From positions 1 to 42,184 of the forward strand of contig JASFPE010000002.1 in the NCBI GenBank assembly GCA_050116155.1: a DNA stretch of 42,184 nt, read 5' to 3'. A program made the position numbers and the translations under genes. The first letter of the stretch is position 1. Each line of letters begins with the position of its first letter. The stretch is from Desulfobacterales bacterium (GTDB lineage: Bacteria > Desulfobacterota > Desulfobacteria > Desulfobacterales > JAHEIW01). Below the pieces are notes generated by a model, which saw only the letters and a program-made list of their open reading frames with translations, had not been told where the DNA came from and made no database searches. Below, in pieces: positions 7,334 to 16,800 of the stretch.

Positions 7334-10300
7334 ACGAATCGGGTTTTATATCTGTCACTGCGGCATCAATATCGCTTACCGCGTCCGGGTGCAAGAAGTC
7401 GCCGAGTACGTGGCGACATTGCCGAACGTGGCCATTTCACGGGATTACCTGTTTATGTGCTCCGATCCCGGGCAAGAACTTATTGAAAATGATATTCGGG
7501 ACTACAAACTCACCCGCGTGGTGGTGGCCTCCTGTTCCCCGCGGATGCACGAAAAAACCTTTCGGGCCGCTTGCCAGCGGGCCGGTCTCAATCCATATCG
7601 AGCGTTCCATATGGTAAACGTGCGTGAGCATGTTTCGTGGGTTACTGAAAATGAAGATCTAGCTACCCACAAAGCCAAGATTCTGAGCGGTGCCGGTATT
7701 TTGCGGGTTGCCTATCAATATGATCTAACACCGGCCACGTTCCCTGTCTGCACCAACACCTTGATCGTGGGTGGAGGCATCGCCGGTATGCAGGCCGCCC
7801 TTGATATTGCCAAGGCCGGATACAGAGCGTACCTGGTAGAGAGACAGCCCACGGTTGGCGGGCACATGCTGCAGTACGACAAAACCTTTCCCACCCTGGA
7901 CTGTTCCGCCTGCATCGGCACGCCCAAGATGGTCTCCGTCGGTCAGGAAGCAAACATCGAGTTACTCTCATACAGCGAGGTGGAGGATGTCAGTGGCTTT
8001 ATCGGCAACTTCAAGATTAAAATCCGCCGCAAGTCCCGCTACGTCGAAAATAGTTGCACCGGCTGCGGCGAGTGCGAAAAGGTCTGCCCGCTTGATTTTC
8101 CTAATGAATGGGATGTTGCCACAAAAACCCGAAAAGCCATCTACCGACCCTTTCCCCAGGCCGTGCCCATCACTTATTGTATCGACAAGGACGATCGAGC
8201 GCCTTGTGTTCAGACTTGTCCGGCCGGGACCAATGTGCAGGGCTATGTAGCCCTCGTCAAATCGGGCAGGTATCGAGAAGCCGTCAATCTCATCATGGAG
8301 AAATTGCCCCTGCCGGGGACCCTTGGACGCGTCTGCCCGGCGCCATGTGAAAAAGAATGTCGCCGCGCCGAGGTGGACTCCGCCGTTGCCATCCGCGATC
8401 TGAAGCGGTTTGCGGCAGACCGCGTGGACCTTTCAGAGTTGCCTCTGCCCGAGATCGAAGACCGGCCGGAAAAGATAGCGGTTGTCGGTTCAGGCCCCGC
8501 CGGTCTTACGGTGGCCTATTACATGCGATTAAAAGGCTACCAGGTCACCATTTTCGAGGCGCTTGATCAACCGGGCGGTATGCTGCGGGTAGGGATCCCA
8601 GACTACCGTCTGCCACCTGATATACTGGACAATGAAATAAATTTTATTCTCAGACACGGAATTGAAATCAGAACCGGCGTTCGATTCGGATCGGACCTGT
8701 CCCTGGAAGGTCTGCGGCAAGACGGTTTTGCTGCCATATTTTTAGGAATCGGTGCCCATGATGCCATCCGGATGCACATTCCGGGAGAAGACCAGGTTGC
8801 AGGAGTCATCGATGCCCTTGCCTTTTTAAGAGACGTAAACCTGGGGAGAGGAGAGGTTCCCGGCAAGCAGGTCATTGTCATCGGCGGCGGAAATGTGGCC
8901 ATAGACGCCGCCCGTGTGGCAAAACGTCTGGGGGCCGAGAAGGTGACGGTGGTTTATCGCCGTTCGGAGCGGGAAATGCCGGCCTATCCTGAAGAATTAA
9001 TGGGCGCCAAGGAGGAAGGTATCGAATTTTCATATCTCACTGCTCCGGTAAGTATCCAGAGTCAGGACGGAAAGGTGACCGGCTTTGAATGCATTCGTAC
9101 CGAACTCGGCGCACCTGATGCCAGCGGGCGCAAGCGGCCGGTTCCGGTGAAGGGATCTGAATTCGTCATTGCGTGTGACGCGGTGATACCGGCCATCGGC
9201 CAAAAAGTCGATGTATCCTGGACCGCAGGAGCGACCGATCTGAAGCTGACTTCGAGAAACACCTTTACGGTGACGCCCCTCACTTTTCAAACCAGCGTAG
9301 CCGATGTATTTGCCGCCGGTGATGCCGTAACCGGACCAGCGACGGTCATCGAAGCCGTGGCGGCCGGCCACAAGGCGGTGGCGGCAATGCACCGTTTTAT
9401 CAGTGGTGAGGATCTGAATCAGTTTGCCGCAGAACTGGTTGCCGAGGAACCTCCAGGCACCGACTGGCGGGCAATTGGGAAAGAGATCCAAGATGCTCCC
9501 AGAGTGGTATCTTCCCATTTGGATCCCGCTCAACGGACTGCAAATTTTGATGAGATTGACCGGAATTTTTCCGAGGCGGCAGCCCAGAAGGAAGCTGCCC
9601 GCTGTGTGGATTGCGGTGGATGCTGCGAATGCAAGCTCTGCATGGGTGTCTGTGAAGCCAAAGCAATCAATCACGCCATGGGGGATAGGGTCGAAGAAAT
9701 CGATGTGGGTTCAATTATTGTCGCCACCGGTTTCGATCCCCTTGATCCGACGCCGATGCAGCAATACGGCTACGGAAAATACGCCAATGTCTTCACCAAT
9801 CTGGAGTTCGAGCGGCTTTCGAATGCAACCGGACCGACGGGCGGCAAGCTGCTTAAGCGGGATCCCAACGACCGCTTGAAATTCAGCGAACCACCGAAAA
9901 GCGTGGCGATCCTTCATTGCATCGGCAGCCGCGACATTAACTATCACGAGTATTGTTCGCGCACCTGCTGTATGTATGCGCTAAAGTATGCCCATCTTCT
10001 TAAGGACAAGTGTGGGCACGACACCGAAGTTTACAATTTCTACATCGACATGCGTTGCTTTGGCAAAGGCTATGAGGAGTTTTACAGGCGGGTCCAGAGC
10101 GAGGGCGTGCGCATGGTTCGCGGTAAGGCATCGCGGGTGGAAGAAGACGACGGTATCCTGACGGTCAGCGCCGAAGATACACTTTCGGACCGAATTGTGA
10201 AAGTTGCCGTTGAGATGGTGATCCTGTGCACCGCCATGGAGTCACGTGCGGATGCCAATGCTGTGTCACGTATTTTTGGGATCAGCATCGGAAGTGATGG

Positions 10301-10706
10301 TTTTTTTCAAGAGGAGCACCCTAAACTCGAGCCGGTGTCAACCCCGTCCAGCGGTGTTTTTCTGGCCGGAGCCTGCCAGGGACCCAAAGATATTCCCGAC
10401 ACAGTGGCGCAGGCCAAGGGAGCTGCGGCCGAGGCGCTGGCCCTTAGCGCCTCTGGAGAGGTCGCGGTGGACCCGATGATTTCATCCATCGACCCGGACA
10501 TATGTATCGGCTGCCAGGCATGTATCGGGCTGTGCGCCTACACGGCCATAGAGTTCAATGAGCTCAAAGGTGTTAGCGAAGTAAACGAAGCCGTGTGTAA
10601 GGGTTGCGGTAGTTGCTCCGCCCACTGTCCCAGCGGAGCTGCCAAGGTTCGGCACTTCACCGACAAGCAGGTTTTTGAGGAAATTGATGGTTTATTAGCC
10701 GGTTAG
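7326..10706 (+). CDS. hdrL: HdrL-type large HdrA-like flavoprotein (HdrA with inserted GltD/NfnB-like NAD(P)H module)
   Basis: HdrA N-domain is ICHCGINI...ASCSPRMHE, FAD site [11 protein letters not shown], then FPTLDCSAC. The central insert carries GRVCPAPCEKEC, VVGSGPAGLTVA and VIGGGNVAIDAA. The sequence then resumes HdrA (LEFERL, HCIGSRD, CSRTCCMYA) and ends with a C-terminal 2x CxxCxxCxxxCP. ATG 7326 follows GGGAGG and overlaps the upstream stop by 8 nt. Confidence 0.88.
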   Translation: MSERIGFYICHCGINIAYRVRVQEVAEYVATLPNVAISRDYLFMCSDPGQELIENDIRDYKLTRVVVASCSPRMHEKTFRAACQRAGLNPYRAFHMVNVREHVSWVTENEDLATHKAKILSGAGILRVAYQYDLTPATFPVCTNTLIVGGGIAGMQAALDIAKAGYRAYLVERQPTVGGHMLQYDKTFPTLDCSACIGTPKMVSVGQEANIELLSYSEVEDVSGFIGNFKIKIRRKSRYVENSCTGCGECEKVCPLDFPNEWDVATKTRKAIYRPFPQAVPITYCIDKDDRAPCVQTCPAGTNVQGYVALVKSGRYREAVNLIMEKLPLPGTLGRVCPAPCEKECRRAEVDSAVAIRDLKRFAADRVDLSELPLPEIEDRPEKIAVVGSGPAGLTVAYYMRLKGYQVTIFEALDQPGGMLRVGIPDYRLPPDILDNEINFILRHGIEIRTGVRFGSDLSLEGLRQDGFAAIFLGIGAHDAIRMHIPGEDQVAGVIDALAFLRDVNLGRGEVPGKQVIVIGGGNVAIDAARVAKRLGAEKVTVVYRRSEREMPAYPEELMGAKEEGIEFSYLTAPVSIQSQDGKVTGFECIRTELGAPDASGRKRPVPVKGSEFVIACDAVIPAIGQKVDVSWTAGATDLKLTSRNTFTVTPLTFQTSVADVFAAGDAVTGPATVIEAVAAGHKAVAAMHRFISGEDLNQFAAELVAEEPPGTDWRAIGKEIQDAPRVVSSHLDPAQRTANFDEIDRNFSEAAAQKEAARCVDCGGCCECKLCMGVCEAKAINHAMGDRVEEIDVGSIIVATGFDPLDPTPMQQYGYGKYANVFTNLEFERLSNATGPTGGKLLKRDPNDRLKFSEPPKSVAILHCIGSRDINYHEYCSRTCCMYALKYAHLLKDKCGHDTEVYNFYIDMRCFGKGYEEFYRRVQSEGVRMVRGKASRVEEDDGILTVSAEDTLSDRIVKVAVEMVILCTAMESRADANAVSRIFGISIGSDGFFQEEHPKLEPVSTPSSGVFLAGACQGPKDIPDTVAQAKGAAAEALALSASGEVAVDPMISSIDPDICIGCQACIGLCAYTAIEFNELKGVSEVNEAVCKGCGSCSAHCPSGAAKVRHFTDKQVFEEIDGLLAG

Positions 10707-10720
10707 AAAGGGGTTAGCAG

Positions 10721-11143
10721 ATGAGCGAGTTTGAACCGACAATTGTGGCATTTTTTTGCAACTGGTGTACGTATACGGCGGCAGATTTGGCGGGTACGTC
10801 GCGGCTGTCCTATCCTCCCAATGTAAAAAGCATTCGGGTGATGTGCACCGGGATGGTGGATCCCCAATATGTCATCAAAGCCTTTCTGGAAGGGGCTGAC
10901 GGGGTATTGATCAGCGGATGCCATCCGGGTGATTGTCATTATATCAACGGGAATTATAAGGCCCGTAGACGGATAAAGCTGCTCAAAGAGATTCTTCCGC
11001 AATTCGGTTTTGATCAACAACGGTTGCGATTAACCTGGATCGGTGCCAGCGACGGCATCCAGTTTGCCGAGGTCATGCGCGATTTGGTTGCCCAAATCAA
11101 AGCTTTGGGACCCAGCCAGGCCAGGTTGAAGATGGTGATCTAA
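10721..11143 (+). CDS. mvhD: MvhD-like (methyl-viologen-reducing hydrogenase delta subunit family) [2Fe-2S] protein
   Basis: IVAFFCNWCTYTAADLAG...IRVMCTGMVDP...GVLISGCHPGDCHY is the MvhD Cys pattern. An RBS (AAAGGGG) lies upstream. Confidence 0.9.
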   Translation: MSEFEPTIVAFFCNWCTYTAADLAGTSRLSYPPNVKSIRVMCTGMVDPQYVIKAFLEGADGVLISGCHPGDCHYINGNYKARRRIKLLKEILPQFGFDQQRLRLTWIGASDGIQFAEVMRDLVAQIKALGPSQARLKMVI

Positions 11144-11144
11144 T

Positions 11145-11228
11145 TTGAAACTTGATACTCGAAACTCGGATTTAACACTAAGTCAGAAAATTATATCAAC
11201 CTCCATTTTCAAATTTCCAGTTTCGAGT
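11145..11228. repeat. Intergenic short tandem / inverted repeats
   Basis: A degenerate heptamer array ACTTGAT ACTCGAA ACTCGGA lies at 11150-11170. ACTCGAAACT (11157-11166) is the reverse complement of AGTTTCGAGT (11219-11228). AATTTGAAA (11142-11150) pairs with TTTCAAATT (11208-11216). Confidence 0.4.
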
Positions 11229-11248
11229 TACAAAAAACGGAGGGGCTC

Positions 11249-12391
11249 ATGGCGATTACGGCGAAACTTGATGTAAAAGATAAAGACCTTTTAGGATCTT
11301 TGCGGGGCTTTTTTAAGAACCTCCTTGGAACTGGAGAAATCCAATCGCTGCTGGTCCCCCAGCATTTGCCGATGAAAGACATGATCATGCCGACGCTGGT
11401 GACGGACCCGAATCAGCTGAATGGGGTAGATCCTCTATCACCGGCCTTTCCGATGAACGCCGCCAAGATTGTTTCACGGCTCACCCGCAAACCCATGGGC
11501 GCGAAGGTTGCGGCCCTGTTGCGACCGTGCGAGATTAGGGCTTTTGTTGAACTCGTGAAACTGAAGCAGGGACGCACGGACGAAGTGATTTTGATTGGAA
11601 TGGACTGCCTGGGAGCCTTCCAAAACAAAGATTATTTTCAGCTGGTGGCGCAGAACGCCGCAGAATCGACGGTCGTGTTCTATGAAAGCGTGTTGCGCGG
11701 CAAAAACACGGAGATTGGCGGCCTTGATCTGGCGCCGGCCTGCAGGGCCTGTGAATATCCGGTGGCTGAAAATGCTGATATTCTCATCGGCCTATACGGT
11801 ATGGATATCAACCAATCACTACTGATTCAGACTCAAACTGAGGCTGGTGATCATATCCTAAAGCAGATGAATCTTTCCGCCACAGATGTGCCCCGCGCCC
11901 GCCAGGATGCCATTGATGCCTTAATAGCACAGCGCACAAAGTACAGGGATGACATGTTTGCTCGGACTCGCGAGGCTACCGAAAATTTGGAAAAATTATC
12001 CACCTATTTTGCCACCTGTGTCAACTGCTACAACTGTCGAGTGGCCTGTCCGGTCTGTTACTGTAAGGAGTGCGTTTTTGTCACCGATGTATTCAACCAT
12101 GATCCGTCTCAGTATTTGCGGTGGGCCAACCGCAAAGGGATCATTAAAATGCCGACGGACACGCTCTTCTACCATCTTACCCGATTGGCACATATGAGCA
12201 CGGCCTGTGTGGGCTGCGGCCAGTGCTCCAATGCCTGTCCGAATGATATTCCGGTCATGGAATTATTCCGTACGATCGCCCAAAGCACGCAGCAGGCGTT
12301 TGACTATGAGGCCGGGAGAAATGTCGATGAAAATCCTCCGCTGTCGGTTTTTCGAGAGGAAGAATTTGCCGAAGTTGTGGGGATAAACTGA
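11249..12391 (+). CDS. Fe-S protein: FrhB/FdhB-like N-terminal region + C-terminal 2x[4Fe-4S] ferredoxin domain
   Basis: LRPCEIRAFVELVKLKQ and IGMDCLG resemble the FrhB-family PCqi segment. The C-terminus has CVNCYNCRVACPVCYC and CVGCGQCSNACP. RBS is GGAGGGG. The FrhB assignment is by resemblance only. Confidence 0.6.
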   Translation: MAITAKLDVKDKDLLGSLRGFFKNLLGTGEIQSLLVPQHLPMKDMIMPTLVTDPNQLNGVDPLSPAFPMNAAKIVSRLTRKPMGAKVAALLRPCEIRAFVELVKLKQGRTDEVILIGMDCLGAFQNKDYFQLVAQNAAESTVVFYESVLRGKNTEIGGLDLAPACRACEYPVAENADILIGLYGMDINQSLLIQTQTEAGDHILKQMNLSATDVPRARQDAIDALIAQRTKYRDDMFARTREATENLEKLSTYFATCVNCYNCRVACPVCYCKECVFVTDVFNHDPSQYLRWANRKGIIKMPTDTLFYHLTRLAHMSTACVGCGQCSNACPNDIPVMELFRTIAQSTQQAFDYEAGRNVDENPPLSVFREEEFAEVVGIN

Positions 12392-12540
12392 TAAAAATTT
12401 AGGGTTTCGCCCCGATTGGAATAATGGAATAATGGGCATGAAGTGAAGCTTTAGCGCTATGGTGGAATGATGGTTTTAACGGATTTAAATCAAATAATTA
12501 TTCAAAATGACGAACCGCAAAACTGGCCAAGGAGGAACCT

Positions 12541-13848
12541 ATGTCTACAGATGTCATCAAACTAGGCGGTAAAAAGAAGAGCACCTTCATGGATAAGGTT
12601 ATGGAAATTCTGCCTGAAGGAGGAAATCTGAACCTTTGTCTAACTTGCGGCGCCTGCTCTTCGGGCTGTCCGGCTACTGGATTGGAAGGAATGGATCCGC
12701 GAAAATTTTTGCGCATGGCCGCACTGGGATTAGACGATGAAATTTTGAAATCGGACTGGGCCTGGATGTGCACCATGTGCCAGCGCTGCATCTATGTGTG
12801 TCCGATGAAAATCGATATCCCCCTGTTGGTTTACCATGCGCGTGCCAGTTGGCCGCGGGATGAGCGTCCCAAGGGCATACTGGGATCCTGCGATATGGCC
12901 TTGAGAAATGATAGCTGCAGTGCCATGGGTGCTTCTCCGGAGGATTTTACCTTCGTGGTGGAAGATGTGCTGGAAGAGTACCAGGAGGCCCAGCCTGAAT
13001 TTGCGGACATGCAGGCGCCCATCGATAAACAGGGTGCTGAATTTTTTTTAAACCAGAACTCCCGGGAGCCGGTGACAGAACCCGATGAAATGGTTCCGTT
13101 GTGGAAGATTTTGCATATTGTGGGGGCGGATTGGACTTATGGCAGCAAAGGCTGGGGCGGAGAAAATTATTGTATGTTTCTGGCCGACAGTGAGGCCTGG
13201 GAACATATTGTCCGAACCACCGCAAACCAAGCCGATGATCTGGGGTGTAAGATATTTCTCAATACCGAGTGAGGGCACGTGACTTTCTCAGTCCTGGCAG
13301 GACTGAAAAGATTCAACATTGCCCACAAATTCGAGGTCAAAAACATTTATGAGTACTATGCCAAATGGATACGGGAAGGCAAATTGAAGGTCAACTCGGA
13401 CTGGAACAAAGATTTGAAGATAAAGTTTACGGTTCAGGATCCGTGTCAAATCGTGCGTAAATCCTATGGTGATCCGATCGCCGAAGATCTTCGCTATGTG
13501 GTCAAGACGGTTGTGGGAGAGGAAAACTTTATCGAAATGCACCCCAACCGGTCCAACAATTATTGCTGTGGCGGCGGCGGCGGCTTTCTACAGTCCGGGT
13601 ATAAGGAGGCCCGTCTGGAATTCGGTCGCTTGAAAGACAGTCAAATTCAAACGACCGGAGCGGACTATTGCATTGCCGGTTGCCACAACTGCCATGCCCA
13701 GATTCATGAACTCAGCGAGCACTACGGCGGTGGTTATGGGGTGGTGCACCTGTGGACCGTCATTTGCCTGGCGTTGGGTATACTGGGTGAAAACGAACGG
13801 GAATATTTAAGGGAGGATCTTAAGGAAGTGGCCGTATATGGTGCCTAA
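12541..13848 (+). CDS. DsrK/HdrD-like (GlpC-type, CCG-domain) Fe-S oxidoreductase, selenocysteine-containing (in-frame UGA at 13270-13272)
   Basis: The ORF-track entries 12541..13272 and 13279..13848 are in the same frame, separated only by TGA GGG CAC. The joined product reads ...CKIFLNTE-U-GHVTFSV.... Together they make one complete protein: 2x CxxCxxCxxxCP (CLTCGACSSGCP, CTMCQRCIYVCP) plus CCG domains (QDPCQIV, NYCCGGGGG, GCHNCH). Neither half is a complete domain set alone. Confidence 0.8.
13289..13305 (+). promoter_or_regulatory. SECIS-like hairpin downstream of UGA 13270
   Basis: CAGTCC (13289-13294) TGGCA GGACTG (13300-13305), extendable with flanking U-A pairs. The stem starts 17 nt 3' of the UGA and the apical loop contains GG. 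Confidence 0.6.
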
Positions 13849-13898
13849 AATATAGCGGGTAATATCAGCTAACATTTGACCGGGCATTTGGGGGATTT

Positions 13899-16800
13899 AT
13901 GATAAGAAAAATTGGCAAAGCACTCGTCGTAGGGGCAGGTATTAGCGGTATTCGTGCGGCATTGGACTTAGCTGAATATGGTTATGGCGTCACGTTGATT
14001 GACCGGTCGCCCCATATCGGGGGCATACTCAGTCAACTCGATTATCAGTTTCCCACCGATCGTTGCGGCATGTGTAAAATGCTTCCCCTGGTCAATCGGG
14101 ATGCAGGCTCTCAATATTGCCTGCGCAAAGGTTTGTTTCACGAAAACATCGATATCCTTCTGTCCACGGACCTTGTCGCCGTTGAAGGCGAGGCCGGCCA
14201 ATTTCAGGTAACGCTCAAGCAGCATCCGAACTGGGTGGATTCGGATCGATGCACGGGATGCGGTGATTGCGTGGATGCCTGTCCGGTAGAGGTTCCGGAT
14301 GATTTTAATGCCGGTCTCAGCAAACACAAGGCCATCTATTTACCGGTTCCGCATGCCATTCCGAATCCATATGTGATTGATTTTGCGGCCTGTACCCGCT
14401 GTGGCGCTTGCGTTGAGGTCTGTCCTACCGGTGCGATTCGATTGCCTGAAGAGGAACGCAGAAAATTTCATATTCTCGTCGTCGACGACGAACTTGTCGT
14501 TCGCGATTCTCTTAAAGAATGGCTTAAAGAGGAAGGCTTTTCAATAGACATGGCCGCATCCGGCCCGGAGGCGCTGGATCAACTGACGAAACAAATGTAT
14601 CAATTGATGCTGCTGGATATTAAGATGCCCGGTATGGATGGGGTGGAGGTCCTTCAAAAAGCCAAGGAGAGTTTTCCGGATTTAAATGTGATCATGATGA
14701 CCGCTTATGCGACAGTCGAAACTGCCGTTGAAGCCATGAAGATCGGTGCTTTAGACTATCTGGTAAAGCCATTTAATCCCGAAGCTTTAGTGCCGATGGT
14801 CTTGCGAACATATCAGGATTTTACTGTGACCGAAGGACGACAGCTCGATGTTGGCGCACTGGTGCTTTGTGGCGGAACCCGCTTTTTTGACCCGACCAGC
14901 GGAAAAAACACCTTCGGCTATAAGATATATCCCAACGTTGTCACCAGCCTGGAATTTGAACGTATGTTAAGCGGTACTGGCCCCACGGCGGGACGCTTGG
15001 TGCGTCCTTTGGATGGAAAGCCGGTTCAACGAATTGCCTGGATCCAATGTGTGGGGTCTCGAGATTTACAAATGGAGGCCGACTTTTGCTCCAACATATG
15101 CTGCATGTATGCCATTAAGGAGGCGCTTGTGGCCAAAGAAAAGATTGATCCGGATCTGGAGGCCAGCATTTTTTATATGGATATGCGGACCTTCGACAAA
15201 TCATTTCAACGATATCGGGACCAAGCCGAAACGATTCATGGTATCCGCTTTGAAAGAGCGCGGGTTCACTCGGTGCTGCAAGATGCCAGCAGTGGTGATA
15301 TCATGGTCCGCAGCGTGGATATTTCAGGAAAACCCCGAGAATCGCCCTTTGACATGGTGATTCTCACCGTTGGCCAGCGGCCGGCCGAAGGCATCTCGGA
15401 GCTGGCCGAGATGTTAGGTATCGAACAAAATTCATGGGGATTCGGCCAAACCGAGGCCTTTTCCTTGACCCGCACCAATCAGAGTGGGGTTTTGTTGGGA
15501 GGTTCTTTTAGCGGCCTTAAAGACATTGGTGATTCGGTTATCCAGGCATCGGCAGCCGCCTTAAGCGCCTCGCGCGTGATCCACTCCGCCGGAGGAAGCC
15601 TGGCTTTAGAGCCATCGCCGGTCGTTCCCCCTGCCGATGTCATGCGGGAGATTCCGAAAATCCTTATCGTTGTTTGTACCTGTGGGGAGAGGCTGGCGCA
15701 GTGGGTCGATCCCCAAAAAGTCACTCGACAACTCACCAGCGATCCGGCGGTAAATCGAATAGAATTTTTAGAACAGGTCTGTACAGCCGCCGGCTGGGAG
15801 AACCTTGTGGAGCTGGTGAATACGAGTAAACCCAATCGTCTTCTGATTGGTGCCTGCCTTCCCTATGTCTATAAACGTAAACTGCGGGAGATTGGCCAAA
15901 AGGTGGGGTTGGATCCTACCCTCATGGAGGTGGTGGATCTGAATTCGGAATGGGGAATGGGGAAGGCGGAATTAAAGGATAAACACTTCATTTTTCGCAA
16001 TGTTATCTCTAAATTGGAAATGGATACGGCAAAACTGAAGAGGGTTAATCCGGAGCCTGTTCCCACAATTCCGATCATTCAAAAAGCGTTGGTTATCGGT
16101 GGCGGCATTGCCGGAATGACGGCGGCCCTGGCCATTGCCGATCATGGATTCGAGGTGGATTTAGTGGAACAGAGCGAACATCTGGGGGGAAATCTTACCT
16201 GGCTGCAACGAACCCTGGACGGGCATGACCCCAGAGCGTTGCTGGAGGAAACCAGGGCATCCGTAGAAAAGCATAACCAGATTCGTGTGCATGCACAATC
16301 CCATGTGATTCATGCTTTCGGCGAAGTCGGTAACTTTCATACGACCATTGAAGGACCCCAGAGCGCGGTGCACACACTGAATCATGGTGTCACCATTTTA
16401 GCTACCGGGGGGACAGAGGCGGATAGCGCATCCTATGGATATGGAACCAGCCCGGCCATTATCACCCAGAAAGAAATAGAACAAAAGCTATCAGATAATA
16501 CCGTAGATCCCGAGCAACTGAATTCGGTGGTCATGATTCAGTGTGTTGATTGCCGTGAGGAACCTCGCAATTATTGCAGCCGCGTTTGCTGTGCAAACGC
16601 CTTGAAACAGGCTCTTTATCTCAAGGAACACAATCCTGCAATCACGATTTATGTTCTTTACCGGGACCTGATGTCCTATGGGTTTAATGAAACCTATTAC
16701 ACTCGGGCCCGGCAAGCAAATGTGATGTTTATTCAGTATGGCATTGATGAAAAGCCCCAGGTTCAAGCCGCAGGAGAAGGATTAAAAGTGACGGTGGCCG

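Noticed and set aside
12541-13848. Reading the split DsrK-like gene (and likewise the split hdrA at 21935..24994) as pseudogenes or as two separate genes
   Set aside because: In both cases the only interruption is a single TGA, in frame, at a column occupied by Cys in paralogs. A hairpin follows 16-17 nt downstream, and each half lacks a complete domain set. Selenocysteine recoding explains all of these observations better.
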